From positions 34,720,001-34,784,000 of the forward strand of contig OZ249436.1 of the NCBI GenBank assembly GCA_965235115.1: a stretch of DNA of 64,000 bases, in the 5' to 3' direction. Positions 25,601 to 39,400 of this stretch are shown piece by piece. The notes beneath the pieces are model-generated. The model was not told the DNA's origin. It made no database searches and saw only the letters and a list, made by a program, of their open reading frames with translations. Numbering within the stretch: the first letter of the stretch is position 1; each line of letters begins with the position of its first letter. The translations under genes and the position numbers were made by a program. Source of the DNA: Laetmonice hystrix (taxonomy: Eukaryota).

Positions 25601-28600
25601 AGCACTGGCTTTTGATATCCACCGTGTAATTTGTACCATCTCTGACACGGTCACACCATGTAGATAGTAGAATTTTTTGTAAAGTTCGGAATTGTATCCC
25701 ACTAAATTGCTAGTTTGTGTGAGCGTATTGTGACATGGCGTCCTCAGTATCATGCCCCATGCAGTTTCACAGATTTTTGACAATTCCTTCTATTGCACAA
25801 GGGAAGTTAGAGAAGCAATTTGTAAATTTTTTCTGCGTTCTGATATATTTATCAAGTAGTAAAGATATCTTTCCGTGGGATTTATACTGACAGCCTTTTT
25901 GTTAAAATGGAGATTTCCGAAATATAAGAAATAACGCAGTAAGAAATCTCACACAAACTTTAGCTTATTTCAGCTTGAGACAAACTTCCCCTAGCTTCAG
26001 TTATAAAATGAGTGGTGTAAATATGCATTGAGCGGGAAAACTTCTGACAAAGCCGGACGACTACAAAATGCACCACCAAAGTGCGGGTAGATATATCACT
26101 TGCTTGGATTGTGGGAAGGAGTTGACCTCAGAGCCTGGACGTTATTATCGGGTCAGTGGAGCAGCTGCAGTGGTATCAGTAACGGTAGTGACCACTGTAC
26201 ACTGACCGCTACATTTGAATGATAGCCATTTCATGGCCATGCGACAGGTGAAGGGAATTTCGAAGCTTCAAATCAATTGACCGTGATGGTACAGACCCGG
26301 CAAATGTTGGGTGTAGGAGGGAGGGGAGAGGCCAAGGAGTCACACCTCTAGGATTTATTGTTTCTTGTCACACCATTGTAAAGGGCAGTGTCCTGATAGA
26401 AGGCGTAAACACAGGGTAGTGACGATACGCAAGGGAAAACACGCCGTGACACTAAGGGGAGAAAAATAACACAAAAAGATAATCAGTGCTGAAAAACTGT
26501 CGTAGCATTACAGAGAAAGACTAACATGGCCCGGAATTAGCCAGGAAATAGGAAGTAAGAATTGTTGGCAAACACAATGGGTCCAGGCAGCTGACAGTTG
26601 GTTGTAAGTAAATATTTGGGGAGGGGTCAGGGAGGGAAGGAGTAAAGTGCTGTTCTTTGTAGAACTAGAACTCATTTGAGGTGGCTATGTATGATTTCAA
26701 AAGGGATGAAACTTAGTAAATTGTTTTCTATGTATTCTAGGTAGGAGGACACCCCTTTGGCATGATAGTAGTAGTGTCCTATTGTGGTGAATTGAATGTA
26801 GCGTGAACATCAGTAGAATATTTCATTATTTCACGTCCCGCTTGGATCACCAGCTTGCCGGGTCTCGCCATCGAGATTGGTCCCAAGCACACTAATGAGA
26901 TTTATAATGGTGTGCGCACCAACCGAGCCCATGGTGGTTTATGCACACACATATTGGTGCCCGAAGTGTAACGGCTGCGGCTACCCCTGTGTCGAAAGTC
27001 ACCATTACGGTTGGAGGGATGTTTGACACAGTGCCATCGGACATCCTGTCGGCCCACCAACCAATCCCCCCAGCAACAACCCCGTCCTCCCCACCCCACC
27101 CAATCTATCGACAGCGTTAACTCACACCCCTTTAAGTTCTGCTGAGGCCCACACAATGCATCCTTACTTGGTGAAGTACCGGGGAAGTCAAAGTCTCAAG
27201 GTGTGTGTGGTATCACCGCGGGCTGTTCCTACGTCCCAGACTGGCACCCCAGGCTCAGTTCTTCAAACTTAGCGTGGCCGTATAGGCCTCCACTGAAGAA
27301 CTAAAAGGACCTGAAGCCGTGTACTATAATTATTCAAGCACAAAGATACCAATCCAAGGCCAGTTTGATTTAAATTCCAAGAGAAGATAACTTTGTATCT
27401 AGTCTACCTGTTGCATAACAAAATACCCAACTGCGTGGGATCTGTTGTATTGTGTTTTAAGAACCCCCATACTAGACAGCCTGTCCTTATCAGCTAGATT
27501 TACCGGGGGAAATGGTCTTTTTTTAATTTTTCACCCGTTGGGCAACTCTCTGAGTCATATCTGTGGTTTGAGTCGCAGCCCTAAGTCACCTGAGGGATGG
27601 AGCTGTCCAGAGATTGGGGAGAGGAATGGATGACATCACCCTGATGGGAAACCAGCCCGCAGCTTCTCGCCCAGCTATTTATGCGGGGAATATTCATAGC
27701 ATGACCTCGTACCTGGCTGAGTCTGGCTGACAAACAGTACATAATAGGTTTCAGATCCCAAGCACGCCATTGCAAGTTGATGGTGATGTGGTGCAAATCG
27801 ATTGTTAAAGCAGCCAGGTGATTGCAAGGCAGGACAACCCTCTCATAATGAGGGTTGCCCAGGAGTTCCCAGCAGCATCGAAGTTTGATGTTCAGCAATG
27901 TGCGGGATTGGACTTTAACCACCTCGTTAAATACAGGGCTTTTTGTCCTGCCCCTCCCTGCCCTCTTTGGTGTGGTAAGGCGCAGACCTGGGTATTTTGT
28001 AAAGGTGGTGTAACTGTTAGTGCTACTATTTAATAGCCCTGGTTGGTGATTGGTTAGAATTCTGTGTAGCTTATCCCTACCGGATGCGCATTAGTTTGGA
28101 TTTTACAGTTGCATGAGTGGAATCAGTAAAGTGTTACTAGCGCATAGAGCAGAATTAGGCTCACACTTTATAGGATGAAGCATATGAATCCAAATGTCCA
28201 AAATGTGACTTTGGAGAACCCTGATCTATACGTAACTTATGCAGTATGTGGGCAGCATCCACGCTGAGATCATGACCCACGCAGCACACACGGGCTGCTA
28301 AGCTGTAACATGTGGAAAGTGTGTCAGTCAAAGAGGAGGCCTTCTGTTGGTCTAAACCCGGCCAAGTGGTAACAACCGGGATATGAATACTGTCTTTTGG
28401 AGGCGTCCAGGGTGTAAATACCAGAGCAATTTACATACTTCCACATGTAGGTAGGTTGGCAAGAGTAACAGGAACATTGTGTGTGGAGGCATAATACGGC
28501 ACAAGGAGCAACAGTGGCCGAGCTGTTGAGGAGGAATGTGTTTTCCAGCGTGATGTTGTTTGGAGGTGAACACATTGACACTGGTGGTGTGGCGGATAGG

Positions 28601-28825
28601 ACGGAACGACCAAATGGGTTCTCACTCCACACCAGCGGGATGCGGTGATCGTGCCAAGGATGCGAGTATGGAGTCAGCTACTTGTAAAACAGAGAAATCC
28701 AACACGGAATTACTTCCTATTACCACCTAGTCAGGAGCGGCCTTGGTGCTGTGAAAACGGAAGAACAGACAACCCTTTAAAAACTATTAAGGTCGGTTTA
28801 CTGCGCTGAACCCTAACACTACCAT

Positions 28826-29072
28826 ATGGAAATGAAGAGACGTTGGCTTCTTGCGGCTGTTTTCATCAGCGCAGCGTGTGTACTGGGTGTGAGTGTGTCT
28901 CTTCTGGTGTGGAAATTTGGAGGCCGCAGGAGCAGTGGACAGTCAGAGTTTGAGTTTGAACTAGGAATTGTTGAAAATGACACGATTGTTGTAGAACCCA
29001 TTGGTGTGGGTTCCGGTGGCACTACTCCTCCACAACAAGGAGACCCCAGCACGGACACCTTCAGTGAAAAAG
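28826..29072 (+). CDS. Candidate first coding exon of a type II (N-terminal anchor) membrane or secretory-pathway protein; family not identified
   Basis: ATG at 28826 with an in-frame upstream stop (28814). Translation is MEMKRR, a 23-residue hydrophobic stretch (WLLAAVFISAACVLGVSVSLLVW), then a G/S/T/P-rich stem with an N-D-T sequon. It ends exactly at the consensus donor AAG|GTGAGT (29072/29073), phase 1. Confidence 0.5.
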
Positions 29073-29244
29073 GTGAGTGGAGTAGTTGAATTGCTCAGGT
29101 AAAAAAACCTGGCCGCCTGGGGAGATATCCTCATTAATGTCAAACAAGGCTTATCCAGAATCGCAAAAAAGGGGCCGTGGAATAAATAATGATCGAGGGA
29201 CTGCACAGAGCGTTTGTACTGTCAAGGTTTCATTGTGCGCGCCG

Positions 29245-29303
29245 GGGTGTGCGTACATGTGGGGACGTAGACCTGGGTGTGCGTACATGTGGGGACGTAG
29301 ACC
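29245..29303. repeat. Two-copy 30-bp tandem duplication
   Basis: GGGTGTGCGTACATGTGGGGACGTAGACC occurs at 29245 and 29275. Confidence 0.95.
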
Positions 29304-30433
29304 GGTGTGATTGTAATGTGGATGGGTGGAGATACATGTGTATGTCCTGGGGGTAGGGTGTATGATGAATGAGAAATGAATTAGTTGATGACGTCCTGTG
29401 GGCCCCCATCTAGTGACCTGTACACGTCCACCACCCCGCCTTTCCCCACATTTCCTGGGTCCCACCACCACTGGGCCGCCAGCCGTCCCTTGACCGCTGT
29501 GAAGGAGGATGTGGTCAGTACGACCCCTAATGATTTCACAGGTGGTACACACTGAACCTGCTGTCCACTGGTCACACCGGGTATGTGACACACACACCCT
29601 GGGGCGGTGACACACACCGCACCATGTGGACAATGTGGACCCCGGGCAACAGACGCGAAAGTCAAAACCAGTGGAAGTGGGTTTTTTTAAAGCTAATTTT
29701 TGGTTTTCAAGCAGTATTCATGAAGACTATGATTCATGAGTCTAGTGGATGTGACCGGACGTAGAATGATGTAAAGGACCTTGTTCTCGCTCAGAACGTA
29801 AACCCGGAGGCAAGGATACCGTTTAACCCAGGCGTTGAACAGGTCTATTCTCTTGATTCATCAAAATGTCGGAAGGCAGTCAATGGTCAAGTTCCGTGGA
29901 ATCACATCAACGGAGTGGAGCGTTATGATTGCTATTATAAGTATTGACTTAGACCGGTATCAATAAAGTCACTGCTGTTCAGTACAACCATTGCACTAGA
30001 TGTTTCCTGTGCATTGAGTTTCGACAGGCAAACCGTGAAATCTATGTTCAAGATATTTTTGTTCAGATTAAAAGGCCAAAAGTGAATATGTGGTCAATGA
30101 TTTGGTGGAGAACCGAGGTTCGGCTTGCCTAAGCTAATGAACCGACTAGAAATGTACAATGCCATTCACTTTCGGTCTCACAGTCTGGCTTAGCTAGACT
30201 AATGAACCCAGTCGGACAAGCCTTGGATTGAGCGGCCTCTATGTTAAGTCAGGTATTTAAGTAACTGTGTGGTGATGACTGTAATTTCGACCTATTTAGA
30301 CTAGGTCGTGTTAAATAGACCTGAACTAAGTACGGACCCTGGTCACTTATCACCTGAAAGGGAACCTCCTGCCTGGTCTTTCACACTGACTCACAGCCGA
30401 GATGTATTATGGGCTCTTGCCACGCCTTAAAAT

Positions 30434-30473
30434 CACGGAATGGAGTGTATTGTTAAATACACTCCATTCCGTG
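30434..30473. repeat. Perfect hairpin, 18-bp arms with 4-nt loop
   Basis: CACGGAATGGAGTGTATT-GTTA-AATACACTCCATTCCGTG. Confidence 0.95.
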
Positions 30474-33400
30474 GTCAAATATGGAGGTGTTCGAATGCAG
30501 CCCTCGTCCCGAGGCATGCCCTATTTTTTCAAACAATATTCGTCTAAGCCGAAGAAAACCGTCCTCACGTTGTTCGAGTAAGCCTGCCTTCATGCTTGAT
30601 TTTGTCTCTAAACGGGAAGGCTCTAACTTAAACCATGCTATAAAGGTATCTGATGCACTCAGCAGTTTGAAGGCCAGCCAATAAAGAGCCTTAGGGAAAG
30701 CTTAACTTAAGCCCTAGCCCTTTTACTTTAAAAGCCGGTCAAGTACGGCGTGTTGCCTACGTGGTTGCATTGACTGCACCAGAGTGCAGCTGATTCTTTT
30801 TAAGACAAAATGTGTCCACAAGGAGGTACAGAATCAAGAGCGTACAGGAAGTCGTGTATCGGTATCGTGAAAAGCTCGTTCTATGACATTTGATGTACGA
30901 GTACTTAAATAAGAAACAAACCACACGAAGTTTAGGGATAATTACCTCTGGTTATAGAAGTACGTGATTTCAGGGAAGGTTCATTGACGAATCACGATGG
31001 GGGATATTAAACTTGATGTGTGCCTCAAGGAGCACCTAAAGACAACCTTATAAACAGGATGCCTGGCGACCTTCCCTGTAAATATACATCAGGACGTCCA
31101 CTGTTTATGCTACCAGGCGTATTATTATTAAGGATGTCGCAGATTTAGATTCTCATATTTTTCATAAGAGTATTATAACAAAGTTTGATGTGGTTTCGGC
31201 TCTGGTTTAAGATACCAAAGGTCCCCTGAGGATTGAACAAATTGTGTGAGACGAAAATATCTTACTGCGATCTCTTCCATGCCTCCTCCGAGGGCAGGGA
31301 GACGGTGCACGTGCTTTCTGTCAATGTTGTCGTTTTACTGGCCATGAATTTACTTTTATGATAGAGAAAACTATCCGTTCAGTTTTTGGCTGGCAGATTT
31401 GACTGGTGATATTTTGTATGTGATAACCCCGTGGCAGGTCTCTCTGCAGGCTGCTCAGGTAGCTTGTAATGTGCGGATCTTTGGTCAGTTGTTTGTTATT
31501 GTGGGTTGCATTGGGTTCAGTCCTACTCGGTCCAGTTAACCTGGATCTCGGAGGTGGGGCTCAAAGTCCATGGCCTAGGTTCAAATGGCCACCAAGGGAA
31601 AATAATAGAACAAACAGTAGAGTGATACACTCCACCCTATCATCCTGGAGGCCCTGTGACAGATAAATTGATGGTTTGGGGCAAAGAACGCCATGGTGTG
31701 TCTGCAATAGCTCCCCAGGCGGCACTCAGGGGGTCGAGTCACCAGTTCTTGACACTGAGTCAAGCCCAGTGTTACTAGGACGATTGGGAAGCCGCTATGG
31801 TACGAGTGGTGTCCTCTTTTTTTCCCCTTCATTGCAAACTTCAGAGTCAGTGACTGATCATGGTTTAGAAAACAGGACGGCGTAGACCTTGGCAATTCCG
31901 TGAACTGAACTCGACTTGCCTCTGGCCACAGACTGTACACAAGTGATGTCACCGTCAGTGCGCTGACCTAGCGACAAAAGTCATTGACATGCTGCGCACG
32001 GTAAACTGACAGAAAGCAGTTTTACCAGTGCTCATTAGCATTAATGTGAGACAGCATGTCGCTAAGACTTAATGTTTACGACTCAGCCCAAGGTGTTGCA
32101 TTGATTTTGCTCAAGCCTTGTTTATTTATCCATGCAACGGGCGGTAAACTTTCTGGTTACGACGCCCAGCAGCGCGCCTAAGTTCTTCCAAATGTGCTTG
32201 ACAATGAATCCAGTTGACTTTCTGACCTCTCGCATGGGCCGTGTTTGGAAAAGTTTCCTATTCAATATCAGAGGCGGGCGCCCGTCTTTCAGGTTTCTGG
32301 GCCGTTGACCACTGCCGACCAGGAGAAGTGACCCAATGCTGAAAGGCAAACTACCCCTGGACGAGGCCCAGCGCTCGCAATACATATGGTGACCACGCCG
32401 ACTCCACAAGAAACTTAAACTCTGCCACATGTAATTGGAGAGACAGGGGCGTATCAGCTGCACCCCAGTTCCAGTCATGGAAATCTAACCAGTAGCAAGC
32501 TGCATGTTGGAGCCCTAAGGGCCACGTTTGCGAGGTCAGGAGCCCCAGATGAGGGGTAGGGGGTATGACCCCAAAGGTGGTGGTTTTCACTACCATGGCA
32601 ACCAGGTTGCACGTGCCAGGGCGCGCAAGTAATAGCCCTGGACAGTGTCGCTTAGAATAACACGTCCCTGATTCTGTGTCCATTTTTTTTCTCTGTGTGT
32701 TAAACATGTTTTGGGGACTTTTTATGTATTGTTGAATACATCTAGTGTCACTAGCCAAACAGACATATCTAGGGCACGTCGTTGGATGCTACAAAATGGC
32801 ATATTGTCCAACTTTATGTGATTTCTCTGAGGGTCAAAAAAAGGCTGTACCGCTACATTATGCATTCACGAGGTAGTGCCGCGTTGTCCTTTGAATGGCC
32901 CACAACGGTACTGTAGTAGGTAACTGTCTAGCCCGGTCCGTTGACTGGCCGCCCGCTGTCTGGAGTGACAGTGCCGTACCGGCTGTCCCTCCTACAGATA
33001 TCAGAGATAAGCATCTGGACAGGGACTGGAGTTGGGAACCCCCACCGCAGCCAGAGAGACGTCCCTACGTCCGTCTACTGACAGCTGCCATGCCGCACTC
33101 AATACGTCACCTAAAGCCTGCCACTCAAGCCAGTCTGTCTTCAAACGCTGATTGCATCTGCACAAACTGTAATCTCCTTTCCCCCCTGCGCAGAACTGGC
33201 GGTATTAATTGTGGAGTGTGTCCGGGAGACATCTGTATATTGATTGGTACAAATGAGTATATTATATCCTCGCTTCCTACATGACGCAGTTTAACGGTTC
33301 TGACTGACAATTCAGGAGCCCCGTTTTTAATTGGATCTGTTAAAATCTATTATAGCTATCTGTCTCTCCAACCAAGCATAAGAATGATGAGGGAATGGGT

Positions 33401-36400
33401 GTACGCTCACACGGCATTTGCCTGAGTTCCTCTGAAAAGCGCAGATCTAAGATTCAGTTCATTCTCAGCGCGGCTTTCTTCAAATCTCAATTTCATGTTC
33501 ACTAATAGAAAGAAATTTCTTTACGTTAACGTAAGCAAGCTGGAGGAGGTCTTTATTTGTCTCCGAGGATGGAGGTGGTGCGTGAAGAATGTGGGAAATC
33601 ATAGCGTTTATTCTGTATCTAGCAGCTGCAGCTGTAACTTACGCTTGGTGCACCATCTTCTCTCTGAGAACACCTCTCGGTTTGATGTAATCAGTATCTT
33701 GTTTTATGTGTCAGTTCAGTGTCTGAACGGGCTCTATGAACCAGTGGCAATAATATGAAACAAGGCAGATGATGATGTGCACTCGGAGAGACATGATTCT
33801 AATGAGGGAAGCTTTTGTTGGAAATGGGCTAGGTGCATATTCAAGTATTAAATTGTCAATCGATAGCATGTCGGAATAGTTTTTTTCTCTCTGTGTCTCA
33901 TGTAGCATGCATGCATGCACGCGTGCACGTGAACAGTGTAGTCATTTACTATTTACGACACGGCAGATGTGGACTGCCTGGGTGTGGCAAGCTGATGGTA
34001 AGAACCAGGCGAGTGGTCTTACTGTGAGACAAAACGTGTTATTCTAGAGCACAATAAAATCATTAGAAATCATTATGTATGCATCGCGACAATGATGGAA
34101 TGGAAACGCTATTGAAATCACCAAGACGGGCTTGCAGTGCAGTGGCACTGAGCCTAATCGTCTATAGCGGTGAGACCCAAGCAAAACTTGTCACATGCTT
34201 GGGAACATGGCAGGGCACAGAATATGCATGTCGTACTATGTATATGTGTCGGGTGGCGATGGCAGAGACCGCTGCACGCACATCATCTGTACAGGTGCGG
34301 CGCCGTCGGAAACTGCCGTCAAACCAACCATTACCGCCTCGTCTGAGTGCCTGGCTGATTGACAAAACATCACAACATGGGCCCGTCCACACTTCTCTGC
34401 CCGTCCCAGGGCCACTGCACCCTCCTTGGGTGCAGCCTTGGGTGGTACACCGTACATCACTATGTATCCTGACAGTGTAGAGTGTACTGCGCCCCTCCCA
34501 CTCGGCCCACGATGACCAGCTAAGGGCATTAAACCGGCGTATAATGGGTAAGATGACCTAAATATGCCCAGGGCACACCTGTGCCTATTGGTGAAGAAGA
34601 TGATGCATTACAGTAATAGTCTATTTTAATGCAGCCACGACGCTCGCATTTATATACAGGAGATGAAAAAGAAAATAACCAGGCAGGGCTCGTAATCTCC
34701 GGCAGATTAATGTCCATTGCTTTGTAAGGATTGTATTCATCTCCAGACTAGTTTTACAGAAAGGCTTTATTCTGGTCGCTGACAGTTGTCTGGGTTTCGT
34801 ATCTGTTTATGTGGCATAGTATGACGGTTGTATGCTGTAAGGGGAGGACGAGGAGGAGGAGCAGGTGTGGCGATACGGACTTTTATGGTGAAGTTAACAA
34901 TGATAGTGAAGGCAGGCGACATAAAGGTTTCACACCAACACACCCGAATGTCCCCTTTGAAACCTTGGCCAGGTCGTTCACATGATGGAACTGCGATGCG
35001 TACAGCTGGACGGCACGGAGCGGCTTGGACCTTTATGTGGTTTGGACATCACAGAATTCCTCATGAAGGTTCCAAGCCGGCGAGTGGCCCTGCGCTGGAA
35101 ACAGGACACCAACACTAAGGGATCCTTGGCTGAATCGGAAGGCGTCTGTATGTAACTTGAGGATCTGCTTATTGCGGTACATTTCCGCCCCATAACCAGC
35201 CGTGACGGTTGCTGTGGATAGCAGCTGAATGCTAAGGATGGAGAAGACCGGGAGACACAAACCGGTGGTGGGGTTGGCGTTGGAAAGGCATGCCACTCCA
35301 TTACAATATGGCCAGCATACATCATCTGGCCTTGCATTGAGAACAATGTTAAAAACGGTATTCGTGAAGGAAATTTGTATTCGGTTGCAATACTTGGCCT
35401 GCCGGTCTTGGCTTGGGGAGTGGTCATTGCGGCATTCCCCAGGGTGCCAGACGTTTGCCTACGTCTGCTATAAACGCCACTAAAGGGCCAGATTTACCGT
35501 CTCCAATGCTGGCAGGGTGAAGAGGTGGAATATAGAGAGTCATTGCTTCGGCAGAGATTTTTTATATTCTGGCTGAACTTAGAACAGATCATGTTCACAA
35601 TGGGAGTTTTCTTTCACTGTTATTTTTTTTCGTAGTTTTCGCCCCCTTTTGGCACCTTTTTTTAGCTTTGATAGTCGCTTATCTTCTGGTAAAGGAACTG
35701 TTTATTGGATAGAGTGATATGTGGACTTCACATATATTTCTCCAGTGATCTTAAAGGTTCCTTTGTTGCCAACTGGTGTGTGTTTCACCAGTAAAGGTTA
35801 TAGTTATTTAGGAACGGTGATAAGTGCGGAACGTTGCACTTCATATCATGGATTGTCGCAGAAGATCTCGGATCAATTAGATTTATTGTGTGGCGCCGCA
35901 TGCCTTCAGACCAGTGGCACCAGAACCCTCAGAACTCGGGCCACTCGCAGACCCAGTAATTGATGAAACCAACGGCCGTTGTGACCCAAAGAGGGACACA
36001 TTGAGGGATTCCGGCACTTCACTGCTGAGAGATGGCATTGATAGACTGGTCGATAACCCGAGTAGATCCTGGACGTGGGACTGAGAGGCAGGCTTGGTGA
36101 ACGCCGCATCAATACTGCATCGATCACCAACCTGCAGCTATGTATAATTGCTATGATTTTCAATTAATCAGTGGTGACAATGACCTGGCTGGTATCGCTG
36201 CAGGGGTATAGGGGCTGTGTAAGGATGGCTCTGTGGCGGAAGGTCGGGATAATCCCACAAAGCGCCTTTTATGACCAGGACTTGAATGGTAAAAAAATCT
36301 TATATTATCTACGCCAGACAGGATGGCTCAGATTTCTCAGTGAAAGGTGTTTGGTGGCATCAGCAAGTTTAACCACGTAGTATCAGTGCAGGAAAAAAGG

Positions 36401-39400
36401 AGGCGCTCCATTCTGGGGCACTGGTACTTCATTGTACGTCTAAGGGATTTTGTCATGTAAGGGGACTGTGACTTTGTCCTGTGATCATACAATACCTACT
36501 CTACGTCAGTAACTCTCTATGACCGTGTTTTTTCTTATGTCATTTGATAGCTGCAGACTGCAAATTACCGACTCTTGTTGGTCCGTACGGAAAGGGTATT
36601 TCGAATTGCCCTTTTCCTGTCATCACCGACTTGACCCTGTTTGCCATTGTAAAGCCCAGCCAGAACACTTTAGGATCTGCCAGTGTAATGGTATTAGATG
36701 GAGGTAGCATACTTGCAAGTATCAGTCCGAACGCCGGCTCGACTCCCCGCCACTAACTAGGTGAGATCCCCCAGCGAAATGATGACCCGGGCTTACAGCA
36801 CTGCTTTTGTTGGAACTGACAAGATCTTGGTTGGGTTGTTGTCGCGATTTGGACCAATCTCGCGCTGTGATTAGGCTTGGGATTGGTTTCACAGGGGGCA
36901 GGAGGCCGCCAGCCACCTCCACCAATCGTCCAATCAAAGCAAGCCAGGGCCATTCCCAGTGAAAGCAGCACCCCCTCGACTATTGGGAACAATAAGAGTT
37001 GATAAATTCACACCTTAATTGATGTCAGCGAGGATCACGTCCAGATGCCCGCCGATACGGACAATACATTGATACGGGAGACAGTGTCATTTCCCTCCTC
37101 GCCCTCACTGCTTCACCCTAACGCCGTTAGCACACCCTACCAATGACCATCTTGCTGGAAGCCCCTGCCCCAGCCCACTTCTCCATTCAGGACGAATGCA
37201 GGTGGGATTGGCAGCTTATTTGTGGGCTGATTTGGTCCAAGTTACACAGACATTGTGACGCTCCGTGAATGGAGAATCAGACAGGGCGGTTGGCATTATA
37301 AAGGTTCGTATTGTGTTCCTTTGCTGTGTTGACAGTATGATTTCACCGGTAACAAAACGTCAGATACAGAATCTGGTGTTGTCTGGATACAGTGATATTT
37401 ACAAAGGTTATTTTTGGTCTTGATATTGTGCTGAATGTACGAAATGATTGCATCAGTCGAGCTTGGTGGACAGGGGCCACTGGTCACCCCTGTATAGACC
37501 ACTGATTGATCATTTGATTGATGGTTCTTGCATCAAGGCAGAACTTGCATTCATTTAATGCTGAAAGAAATCCAATTAATCCAGCGAGATAAGGTACCGG
37601 AATAATGATTTTATACGTTGATAAGAATTAATGAAAACGTACCGCTGTGTTCAGTGGCCACAGTTATTTACTTCGATGATTGGTTATGGATCTTTTGGTA
37701 ATACCAGTTGAACCAAGAAAGAAACTGTGTGGCTCCCAGTTGAGTACAAACTGGAGAAACTGGCCTGGGAGCAAACAGAGTCTTAATAATAAAACCTGAC
37801 GAGAGACTTGAACGAATGGGTGTACATCTTCTCTCCTTTAAAGGTAACATTCATAAAAGGATTGAAAAATAATTCCAAAACACTGTTTGCAAAGTCTTTT
37901 TTTTAAACTGGGATTTGTATATTTAACACTTAATACTAAATAACAGGGGTTCTAAACTTGAGACGATAAAGTCATGAACATTGGCATATCTAGTTTCAAG
38001 TGGAAAGTTTATCACTAATGTCTCCGGCGCGGTTTTTATATAGGTAGGTAAATTGATCTAGGTCTGGCTGAGTCTGTACCGTGGATGGGGGGTCTAAGGT
38101 ACATATACAGCACCAAGGCAAGGGGATACAGTAGCTGCCCTGGGCGACCCTTGGGCTGTCCTCCACGCCAGGCCGGAGGTGGTCACCTGGAGAGAAACAG
38201 TAAATATTTATGGGCACCATGAGGACAGGACTTGTAAATGACACAACCCCTGGACCACTGGCCCGCCTGGCGGATCAGCCCCAGAAACAAGGCGTCCTTA
38301 TCTATTGGCCAATCGATGGCGGGTCTTGGGGCTCAAACCGCCCCATTACAGTCTTGGAGAAGTTTCGCAGAGTCGGCGCCCCTGATTTATGAACAGTGAG
38401 ACGCCATTTACTGCCCTCCGATAAAGAATGGTAAAAGGGATGACTGTGAACCCTGGTGGCTTCCGCTACAAAGTCAGCAGATGACTTGGAGAAAGGCAGC
38501 CAGGTGAGAAGAATATTTGGAACCTTCTGACTGCGTATGTACAGCCCGAGTCGATCATTCATCCATTGCCCTCCTGCCGAGCTTCCAGGTAAAATAGATA
38601 GGTTGGCGGCCAGGTCGTGGGTGAAATGAAATCAGCAGCAAGGGGCGCAGATTTAGATTATAGAAGTGAGAAGTCGGTGGTGCTTCTGCGGATCTGCTTC
38701 TTGGCGATTGGGGATTGAAAGGATTGATGGAGGCCGGCATGGCTATTGATTCGTTCCCGCTGACTGATGTCCTCCTTCCCCTTAACACCCGCTCCTGTAT
38801 CCCAACCAGCTGAAGCACTTTTTCAGCCTCCAGCTGCCCTCTTAGAACACGTGCCAGGAGGTCGGGGCATGGGGATTAATGCTCAGCCACAATTCCTTCG
38901 TCCATAGATTAGCACGGAGGCGTTTAGGGAATGTTTATAGTGTGCTGGGCTTGTTTGATGAGGCTAGGGAGGCAGCTTCTGCTTGGACCCTGATAACCCT
39001 AATCCACATGGCCCTTCCAGGGGGACACAGACCAACTTCATCAATACTGGAATGTGCCGCCTGGTTCCTGGTTAGGTTTCTGGCAACACCAGCGACGTCT
39101 TTCCTGACCGAAAGGGCAAACACGATGTTCAGAACTCTTTGAGCTGGTTATAAAACTTTGAAGACCGCAATAAAAGAAATAGTGAGCTCGCGTGGATTTT
39201 TACTTCGTATGTCCTTGGCATTAATTGTGGCCCTGCTCTAGTTTAGTTTATCACCATTTGAATGCCTGACGACTAGGACAAAGTAAAGGAAGTTGTATTC
39301 TGTATGCAAAACAAGAACGGACACGTGTGTATTGAATCATGGCATATTAAAATGTATGATTTCCTGGACTTAAGTAGAAGAGAGGAGAGATACCATGGAA

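Noticed and set aside
26078-26215. YITCLDCGKEL, a zinc-finger-like CxxC
   Set aside because: No downstream His pair at C2H2 spacing, and the ORF is short.
27626-27730. MDDITLMG...LAESG, resembling an RT YxDD region
   Set aside because: The Y/F before xDD is missing, a stop follows after 34 codons, and no other RT motifs are visible nearby.
29151-29665. Overlapping minus-strand ORFs with Cys/His and VKSLGVVL (zinc-knuckle- or LINE-like)
   Set aside because: No complete CX2CX4HX4C motif, and the openness is partly due to GT-rich sequence and the 30-bp duplication.
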